Shown piece by piece: positions 54,501 to 64,000 of a DNA stretch of 64,000 nt. Origin of the DNA: Lingula anatina (Eukaryota; Animalia; Brachiopoda). The notes under the pieces are model-generated. The model searched no databases. It worked only from the letters and a program-made list of their open reading frames with translations, and had not been told where the DNA came from. Both the position numbers and the translations under genes were made by a program. The first letter of the stretch is position 1. The number at the start of each line of letters is the position of its first letter. The DNA lies in NCBI GenBank assembly GCA_051362555.1, contig CM120642.1, positions 13,454,001 through 13,518,000 on the forward strand, in the 5' to 3' direction.

Positions 54501-57500
54501 GGGTCGCTCGTCATCTTCATTGTCCTGTAAAAAGAAATGAAAAACAAGATTAGATTTATTCAATTTACCTATCCCACCACCCCAAAAAAATAAAATTTAC
54601 TAACCTTAGCTTGGATCCAAGAGTGAAGTCCATGTCCGGGTGGGGTCGCTCGTAATCTTCATTGTCCTGTAAAAAGAAATGAAAAACAAGATTAGATTTA
54701 TTCAATTTACCTATCCCACCACCCTAAAAAATTAAAATTTACTAACCTTAGCTTGGATCCAAGAGTGAAGTCCATGTCCGGGTGGGGTCGCACGTCATCT
54801 TCTTTGTCCTGTAGAAAGAAATGAAAAACAAGATTAGATTTATTCAATTGAACCATCCCTCCCCTGCAAAAAAAATAAAATTTACTAACCTTAGCTTGGA
54901 TCCAAGAGTGAAGTCCATGTCGGGGTGGGGTCGCTCCTCATCTTCATTGTCCTGTAAAAAGATATGAAAAACAAGATTAGATTTTTCAATTGAACCATCC
55001 CACCACCCGAAAGAAATAAAATTTACTAACCTTAGCTTGGATCCAAGAGTGAAGTCCATGTCTGGGTGGGGTCGCTCCTCATCTTCATTGTCCTGTAAAA
55101 AGAAATGAAAAACAAGATTAGATTTATTCAATTGAACCATCCCTCCCCCGCAAAAGAAATAAAATTTACTAACCTTAGCTTGGATCCAAGAGTGAAGTCC
55201 ATGTCCGGGTGGGGTCGCTCGTCATCTTCATTGTCCTGTAAAAAGAAATGAAAAGCAAGATTAGATTTATTCAAATGAACCATCCCTCCCCCGCAAAAAA
55301 AAATAAAATTCACTAACCTTAGCTTGGATCCAAGAGTGAAGTCCATGTCCGGGTGGGGTCGCTCGTCATCTTCATTGTCCTGTAAAAAGAAATGAAAAAC
55401 AAGATTAGATTTATTCAATTTACCTATCCCACCACCCCAAAAAAATAAAATTTACTAACCTTAGCTTGGATCCAAGAGTGAAGTCCATGTCCGGGTGGGG
55501 TCGCTCGTCATCTTCATTGTCCTGTAAAAAGAAATGAAAAACAAGATTAGATTTATTCAATTTACCTATCCCACCACCCCAAAAAAATAAAATTTACTAA
55601 CCTTATTTTAGATCCAAGAGTGAAGTCCATGTCCGGGTGGGGTCGCTCATCATCTTCATTGTCCTGTAAAAAAAAAATGAAAAGCTAGATTAGATTTATT
55701 CAAATGAACCATCCCTCCCCCGCAAAAAAAAAATAAAATTTACTAACCTTAGCTTGGGTCCAAGAGTGAAGTCCATGTCCGGATGGGGTCGCTCGTCATC
55801 TTCATTGTCCTAAAAAAGAAATGAAAAACAAGATTAAATTTATTCAATTTACCCATCCCACCACCCCCAAAAAAATCAAATTCACTAACCTTATTTTGGA
55901 TCCAAGAGTGAAGTCCATGTCCGGGTGGGGTCGCTCGTCATCTTCATTGTCCTGTAAAAAGAAATGAAAAACAAGATTAGATTTATTCAATTGAACCATC
56001 CCTCCCCCGCAAAAAAATAAAATTTACTAACCTTAGCTTGGATCCAAGAGTGAAGTCCATGTCCAGGTTGGGTCTCTCGTCATCTTCATTGTCCTGTAAA
56101 AAGAAATGAAAAACAAGATTAGATTTATTCAATTAACCCATCCCACCACCCCCAAAAAATCAAATTTACTAACCTTATTTTGGATCCAAGAGTGAAGTCC
56201 ATGTCCGGGTGGGGTCGCTCATCATCTTCATTGTCCTGTAAAAAAAAATGAAAAGCTAGATTAGATTTATTCAAATGAACCATCCCTCCCCCGCAAAAAA
56301 AAAATAAAATTCACTAACCTTAGCTTGGATCCAAGAGTGAAGTCCATGTCCGGGTGGGGTCGCTCGTCATCTTCATTGTCCTGTAAAAAGAAATAAAAAA
56401 CAAGATTAGATTTATTCAATTTACCTATCCCACCACCCCCAAAAAATAAAATTTACTAACCTTAGCTTGGATCCAAGAGTGAAGTCCATGTCCGGGTTGG
56501 GTCGCTCGTCATCTTCATTGTCCTGTAAAAAGATATGAAAAACAAGATTAGATTTATTCAATTGAACCATCCCACCACCCCAAAGAAATAAAATTTACTA
56601 ACCTTAGCTTGGATCCAAGAGTGAAGTCCATGTCCGGGTTGGGTCTCTCGTCATCTTCATTGTCCTGTAAAAAGAAATGAAAAACAAGATTAGATTTATT
56701 CAATTAACCCATCCCACCACCCCCAAAAAATCAAATTTACTAACCTTATTTTGGATCCAAGAGTGAAGTCCATGTCCGGGTGGGGTCACTCATCATCTTC
56801 ATTGTCCTGTAAAAAGAAATGAAAAGCTAGATTAGATTTATTCAAATGAACCATCCCTCCCCCGCAAAAAAAAATAAAATTCACTAACCTTAGCTTGGAT
56901 CCAAGAGTGAAGTCCATGTCGGGGTGGGGTCGCTCGTCATCTTCATTGTCCTGTAAAAAGAAATGAAAAACAAGATTAGATTTATTCAATTGAACCATCC
57001 CACCACCCCAAAGAAATAAAATTTACTAACCTTAGCTTGGATCCAAGAGTGAAGTCCATGTCCGGGTGGGGTCGCACGTCATCTTCTTTGTCCTGTAAAA
57101 AGAAATGAAAAACAAGATTAGATTTATTCAATTTACCCATCCCTCCCCTGCAAAAAAAATAAAATTTACTAACCTTATTTTAGATCCAAGAGTGAAGTCC
57201 ATGTCCGGGTGGGGTCGCTCATCATCTTCATTGTCCTGTAAAAAAAAAATGAAAAGCTAGATTAGATTTATTCAAATGAACCATCCCTCCCCCGCAAAAA
57301 AAAAAATAAAATTTACTAACCTTAGCTTGGGTCCAAGAGTGAAGTCCATGTCCGGATGGGGTCGCTCGTCATCTTCATTGTCCTGTAAAAAGAAATGAAA
57401 AGCAAGATTAGATTTATTCAAATGAACCATCCCTCCCCCGCAAAAAAAAAATAAAATTCACTAACCTTAGCTTGGATCCAAGAGTGAAGTCCATGTCGGG

Positions 57501-60500
57501 GTGGGGTCGCTCGTCATCTTCATTGTCCTGTAAAAAGAAATGAAAAACAAGATTAGATTTATTCAATTGAACCATCCCACCACCCCAAAGAAATAAAATT
57601 TACTAACCTTAGCTTGGATCCAAGAGTGAAGTCCATGTCCGGGTGGGGTCGCTCGTCATCTTCATTGTCCTGTAAAAAGAAATGAAAAACAAGATTAGAT
57701 TTATTCAATTTACCCATCCCTCCCCTGCAAAAAAAATAAAATTTACTAACCTTATTTTAGATCCAAGAGTGAAGTCCATGTCCGGGTGGGGTCGCTCATC
57801 ATCTTCATTGTCCTGTAAAAAAAAAATGAAAAGCTAGATTAGATTTATTCAAATGAACCATCCCTCCCCCGCAAAAAAAAATAAAATTCACTAACCTTAG
57901 CTTGGATCCAAGAGTGAAGTAGATGTCCGGGTTGGGTCGCTCGTCATCTTCATTGTCCTGTAAAAAGATATGAAAAACAAGATTAGATTTATTCAATTGA
58001 ACCATCCCACCACCCCAAAGAAATAAAATTTACTAACCTTAGCTTGGATCCAAGAGTGAAGTCCATGTCCGGGTGGGGTCGCTCGTCATCTTCATTGTCC
58101 TGTAAAAAGAAATGAAAAACAAGATTAGATTTATTCAATTGAACCATCCCTCCCCCGCAAAAAAATAAAATTTACTAACCTTAGCTTGGATCCAAGAGTG
58201 AAGTCCATGTCCGGGTTGGGTCTCTCGTCATCTTCATTGTCCTGTAAAAAGAAATGAAAAACAAGATTAGATTTATTCAATTAACCCATCCCACCACCCC
58301 CAAAAAATCAAATTTACTAACCTTATTTTGGATCCAAGAGTGAAGTCCATGTCCGGGTGGGGTCACTCATCATCTTCATTGTCCTGTAAAAAGAAATGAA
58401 AAGCTAGATTAGATTTATTCAAATGAACCATCCCTCCCCCGCAAAAAAAAATAAAATTCACTAACCTTAGCTTGGATCCAAGAGTGAAGTCCATGTCGGG
58501 GTGGGGTCGCTCGTCATCTTCATTGTCCTGTAAAAAGAAATGAAAAACAAGATTAGATTTATTCAATTGAACCATCCCACCACCCCAAAGAAATAAAATT
58601 TACTAACCTTAGCTTGGATCCAAGAGTGAAGTCCATGTCCGGGTGGGGTCGCACGTCATCTTCTTTGTCCTGTAAAAAGAAATGAAAAACAAGATTAGAT
58701 TTATTCAATTTACCCATCCCTCCCCTGCAAAAAAAATAAAATTTACTAACCTTAGCTTGGATCCAAGAGTGAAGTCCATGTCGGGGTGGGGTCGCTCGTC
58801 ATCTTCATTGTCCTGTAAAAAGAAATGAAAAACAAGATTAGATTTATTCAATTTACCTATCCCACCACCCCAAAAAAATAAAATTTACTAACCTTAGCTT
58901 GGATCCAAGAGTGAAGTCCATGTCCGGGTGGGGTCGCTCGTAATCTTCATTGTCCTGTAAAAAGAAATGAAAAACAAGATTAGATTTATTCAATTTACCT
59001 ATCCCACCACCCTAAAAAATTAAAATTTACTAACCTTAGCTTGGATCCAAGAGTGAAGTCCATGTCCGGGTGGGGTCGCACGTCATCTTCTTTGTCCTGT
59101 AGAAAGAAATGAAAAACAAGATTAGATTTATTCAATTGAACCATCCCTCCCCTGCAAAAAAAATAAAATTTACTAACCTTAGCTTGGATCCAAGAGTGAA
59201 GTCCATGTCGGGGTGGGGTCGCTCCTCATCTTCATTGTCCTGTAAAAAGATATGAAAAACAAGATTAGATTTTTCAATTGAACCATCCCACCACCCGAAA
59301 GAAATAAAATTTACTAACCTTAGCTTGGATCCAAGAGTGAAGTCCATGTCTGGGTGGGGTCGCTCCTCATCTTCATTGTCCTGTAAAAAGAAATGAAAAA
59401 CAAGATTAGATTTATTCAATTGAACCATCCCTCCCCCGCAAAAGAAATAAAATTTACTAACCTTAGCTTGGATCCAAGAGTGAAGTCCATGTCCGGGTGG
59501 GGTCGCTCGTCATCTTCATTGTCCTGTAAAAAGAAATGAAAAGCAAGATTAGATTTATTCAAATGAACCATCCCTCCCCCGCAAAAAAAAATAAAATTCA
59601 CTAACCTTAGCTTGGATCCAAGAGTGAAGTCCATGTCCGGATGGGGTCGCTCGTCATCTTCATTGTCCTGTAAAAAGAAATGAAAAACAAGATTAGATTT
59701 ATTCAATTTACCTATCCCACCACCCCAAAAAAATAAAATTTACTAACCTTAGCTTGGATCCAAGAGTGAAGTCCATGTCCGGGTGGGGTCGCTCGTCATC
59801 TTCATTGTCCTGTAAAAAGAAATGAAAAACAAGATTAGATTTATTCAATTGAACCATCCATCCCCCGCAAAAAAAAATAAAATTCACTAACCTTAGCTTG
59901 GATCCAAGAGTGAAGTCCATGTCCGGGTGGGGTCGCTCGTCATCTTCATTGTCCTGTAAAATGAAATGAAAAACAAGATTAGATTTATTCAACTGAACCA
60001 TCCCACCACCCCAAAGAAATAAAATTTACTAACCTTAGCTTGGATCCAAGAGTGAAGACCATGTCTGGGTGGGGTCGATCGTCATCTTCTTTATCCTGTA
60101 AAAATAAATGAAAAACAAGATTAGATTTATTCAATTTACCCATCCCACCACCCCAAAAAAGATAAAATTTACTAACCTTAGCTTGGATCCAAGAGTGAAG
60201 TCCATGTCCGGGTGGGGTCGCTCGTCATCTTCATTGTCCTGTAAAAAGAAATGAAAAACAAGATTAGATTTATTCAATTGAACCATCCATCCCCCGCAAA
60301 AAAAATAAAATTCACTAACCTTAGCTTGGATCCAAGAGTGAAGTCCATGTCCGGGTGGGGTCGCTCGTCATCTTCATTGTCCTGTAAAAAGAAATGAAAA
60401 ACAAGATTAGATTTATTCAACTGAACCATCCCACCACCCCAAAGAAATAAAATTTACTAACCTTAGCTTGGATCCAAGAGTGAAGACCATGTCTGGGTGG

Positions 60501-63500
60501 GGTCGATCGTCATCTTCTTTATCCTGTAAAAATAAATGAAAAACAAGATTAGATTTATTCAATTTACCCATCCCACCACCCCAAAAAAGATAAAATTTAC
60601 TAACCTTAGCTTGGATCCAAGAGTGAAGTCCATGTCCGGGTGGGGTCGCTCGTCATCTTCATTGTCCTGTAAAAAGAAATAAAAAACAAGATTAGATTTA
60701 TTCAATTCACCTATCCCACCACCCCCAAAAAATAAAATTTACTAACCTTAGCTTGGATCCAAGAGTGAAGTCCATGCCCGGGTGGGGTCACTCGTCATCT
60801 TCATTGTCCTGTAAAAAGAAATGAAAAACAAGATTAGATTTATTCAATTGACCCATCCCACCACCCCCAAAAAATCAAATTTACTAACCTTATTTTGGAT
60901 CCAAGAGTGAAGTCCATGTCCGGGTGGGGTTGCTCGTCATCTTCTTTGTCCTGTAAAAAGAAATGAAAAACAAGATTAGATTTATTCAATTGAACCATCC
61001 CTCCCCCGCAAAAAAATAAAATTTACTAACCTTAGCTTGGATCCAAGAGTGAAGTCCATGTCCAGGTTGGGTCTCTCGTCATCTTCATTGTCCTGTAAAA
61101 AGAAATGAAAAACAAGATTAGATTTATTCAATTAACCCATCCCACCACCCCCAAAAAATCAAATTTACTAACCTTATTTTGGATCCAAGAGTGAAGTCCA
61201 TGTCCGGGTGGGGTCGCTCATCATCTTCATTGTCCTGTAAAAAAAAATGAAAAGCTAGATTAGATTTATTCAATTGAACCATCCCTCCCCCGCAAAAAAA
61301 AAATAAAATTCACTAACCTTAGCTTGGATCCAAGAGTGAAGTCCATGTCCGGGTGGGGTCGCTCGTCATCTTCATTGTCCTGTAAAAAGAAATAAAAAAC
61401 AAGATTAGATTTATTCAATTTACCTATCCCACCACCCCCAAAAAATAAAATTTACTAACCTTAGCTTGGATCCAAGAGTGAAGTCCATGTCCGGGTTGGG
61501 TCGCTCGTCATCTTCATTGTCCTGTAAAAAGATATGAAAAACAAGATTAGATTTATTCAATTGAACCATCCCACCACCCCAAAGAAATAAAATTTACTAA
61601 CCTTAGCTTGGATCCAAGAGTGAAGTCCATGTCCGGGTGGGGTCGCTCGTCATCTTCATTGTCCTGTAAAAAGAAATGAAAAACAAGATTAGATTTATTC
61701 AATTTACCTATCCCACCACCCCAAAAAAATAAAATTTACTAACCTTAGCTTGGATCCAAGAGTGAAGTCCATGTCCGGGTGGGGTCGCTCGTAATCTTCA
61801 TTGTCCTGTAAAAAGAAATGAAAAACAAGATTAGATTTATTCAATTTACCTATCCCACCACCCTAAAAAATTAAAATTTACTAACCTTAGCTTGGATCCA
61901 AGAGTGAAGTCCATGTCCGGGTGGGGTCGCACGTCATCTTCTTTGTCCTGTAGAAAGAAATGAAAAACAAGATTAGATTTATTCAATTGAACCATCCCTC
62001 CCCTGCAAAAAAAATAAAATTTACTAACCTTAGCTTGGATCCAAGAGTGAAGTCCATGTCGGGGTGGGGTCGCTCCTCATCTTCATTGTCCTGTAAAAAG
62101 ATATGAAAAACAAGATTAGATTTTTCAATTGAACCATCCCACCACCCGAAAGAAATAAAATTTACTAACCTTAGCTTGGATCCAAGAGTGAAGTCCATGT
62201 CTGGGTGGGGTCGCTCCTCATCTTCATTGTCCTGTAAAAAGAAATGAAAAACAAGATTAGATTTATTCAATTGAACCATCCCTCCCCCGCAAAAGAAATA
62301 AAATTTACTAACCTTAGCTTGGATCCAAGAGTGAAGTCCATGTCCGGGTGGGGTCGCTCGTCATCTTCATTGTCCTGTAAAAAGAAATGAAAAGCAAGAT
62401 TAGATTTATTCAAATGAACCATCCCTCCCCCGCAAAAAAAAATAAAATTCACTAACCTTAGCTTGGATCCAAGAGTGAAGTCCATGTCCGGGTGGGGTCG
62501 CTCGTCATCTTCATTGTCCTGTAAAAAGAAATGAAAAACAAGATTAGATTTATTCAATTTACCTATCCCACCACCCCAAAAAAATAAAATTTACTAACCT
62601 TAGCTTGGATCCAAGAGTGAAGTCCATGTCCGGGTGGGGTCGCTCGTCATCTTCATTGTCCTGTAAAAAGAAATGAAAAACAAGATTAGATTTATTCAAT
62701 TGAACCATCCATCCCCCGCAAAAAAAATAAAATTCACTAACCTTAGCTTGGATCCAAGAGTGAAGTCCATGTCCGGGTGGGGTCGCTCGTCATCTTCATT
62801 GTCCTGTAAAAAGAAATGAAAAACAAGATTAGATTTATTCAATTGACCCATCCCACCACCCCCAAAAAATCAAATTTACTAACCTTATTTTGGATCCAAG
62901 AGTGAAGTCCATGTCCGGGTGGGGTTGCTCGTCATCTTCTTTGTCCTGTAAAAAGAAATGAAAAACAAGATTAGATTTATTCAATTGAACCATCCCTCCC
63001 CCGCAAAAAAAAAAAATTTAATAACCTTAGCTTGGATCCAAGAGTGAAGTCCATGTCGGGGTGAGGTCGCTCCTCATCTTCATTGTCCTGTAAAAAGAAA
63101 TGAAAAACAAGATTAGATTTATTCAATTGAACCATCCCACCACCCCAAAGAAATAAAATTTACTAACCTTAGCTTGGATCCAAGAATGAAGTCCATGTCC
63201 GTTTGGGGTCACTCGTCATCTTCATTGTCCTGTAAAAAGAAATGAAAAACAAGATTAGATTTATTCAATTTACCTATCCCACCACCCTAAAAAAATAAAA
63301 TTTACTAACCTTAGCTTGGATCCAAGAGTGAAGTCCATGTCCGGATGGGGTCGCTCGTCATCTTCATTGTCCTAAAAAAGAAATGAAAAACAAGATTAGA
63401 TTTATTCAATTTACCCATCCCACCACCCCCAAAAAAATCAAATTCACTAACCTTATTTTGGATCCAAGAGTGAAGTCCATGTCCGGGTGGGGTCGCTCGT

Positions 63501-64000
63501 CATCTTCATTGTCCTGTAAAAAGAAATGAAAAACAAGATTAGATTTATTCAATTGAACCATCCCTCCCCCGCAAAAAAATAAAATTTACTAACCTTATTT
63601 TAGATCCAAGAGTGAAGTCCATGTCCGGGTGGGGTCGCTCATCATCTTCATTGTCCTGTAAAAAAAAAATGAAAAGCTAGATTAGATTTATTCAAATGAA
63701 CCATCCCTCCCCCGCAAAAAAAAAATAAAATTCACTAACCTTAGCTTGGATCCAAGAGTGAAGTCCATGTCCGGGTGGGGTCGCTCGTCATCTTCATTGT
63801 CCTGTAAAAAGAAATAAAAAACAAGATTAGATTTATTCAATTTACCTATCCCACCACCCCCAAAAAATAAAATTTACTAACCTTAGCTTGGATCCAAAAG
63901 TGAAGTCCATGTCCGGGTGGGGTCGCTCGTCATCTTCATTGTCCTGTAAAAAGATATGAAAAACAAGATTAGATTTATTCAATTGAACCATCCCGCCACC
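15520..64000 (-). ncRNA. Putative multi-exon transcript (62-nt exons, ~81-nt introns) encoded by the array, probably non-coding; 5' end outside window, 3' end approximate
   Basis: Example: exon 15868-15929 (62 nt), intron 15787-15867 (81 nt, GTTAGT...TTTTAACAG), terminal exon from 15786 leftwards into unique sequence, AATAAA (minus strand) at 15538-15543. No expression evidence available. Confidence 0.4.
15729..64000. repeat. Tandem array (satellite-like) of a ~143-bp monomer, ~338 copies, running off the right edge of the window
   Basis: Consensus TTAGCTTGGATCCAAGAGTGAAGTCCATGTCCGGGTGGGGTCGCTCGTCATCTTCATTGTCCTGTAAAAAGAAATGAAAAACAAGATTAGATTTATTCAATTTACCCATCCCACCACCCCAAAAAAATAAAATTTACTAACC repeated head-to-tail. 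No inversion or foreign insertion was seen. Copy number is 48.3 kb divided by ~142.6. Confidence 0.98.

Noticed and set aside
15912-62557. Dozens of 60-149 aa ORFs (…NKSNLVFHFFLQDNEDDERPHPDMDFTLGSKLRLVNF…) as protein-coding genes
   Set aside because: They are read-throughs of the tandem monomer, including intron-like T-tracts. Their length depends on homopolymer indels and none exceeds about three units.
15729-64000. CRISPR array (palindromic constant part plus variable part)
   Set aside because: Eukaryotic context and no cas genes. The variable segment is a few related alleles of one sequence, not unique spacers.
15729-64000. Tandem spliced-leader RNA, snRNA, 5S rRNA or tRNA gene array
   Set aside because: A donor followed by an Sm-like A-U-run-GG is present, but that tract is the most variable part of the unit and each exon is preceded by a full acceptor. 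No recognisable 5S, tRNA or U snRNA sequence, or box C/D motifs, were seen.
15868-64000. Neuropeptide-precursor-like repeat polyprotein (acidic spacer plus peptide)
   Set aside because: No GKR/KR cleavage-amidation sites, the preferred exon is not frame-preserving, and many units have stops.

Overview
AT-rich eukaryotic (metazoan, probably invertebrate) genomic DNA in three parts. (1) 1-11.7 kb: a minus-strand spliced rhomboid intramembrane serine protease gene with an EF-hand N-terminus (RHBDL1/2/3 or Drosophila rho-4 type). Eight in-phase coding exons can be traced. The exon with the catalytic His was not found and probably lies left of the window. Its introns hold several MITE-like elements, a minisatellite and microsatellites. 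(2) 12.7-14.7 kb: a divergent plus-strand two-exon gene for an unrecognised ~459-aa Pro/Lys/Ser/Thr-rich protein. (3) 15,729 to the window end: a >48 kb tandem array of ~338 copies of a ~143-bp unit. On the minus strand the consensus unit is a complete exon-intron cassette: a 62-nt exon plus an ~81-nt intron with an AAG|GTTAGT donor, G-runs, a CTAAT branch point, a pyrimidine tract and a CAG acceptor. The array ends in a unique terminal exon followed by AATAAA. The best candidate for an undescribed system is this 'spliceable satellite', possibly a transcript with hundreds of near-identical exons that is most likely non-coding. Transcription and splicing are inferred from sequence only.
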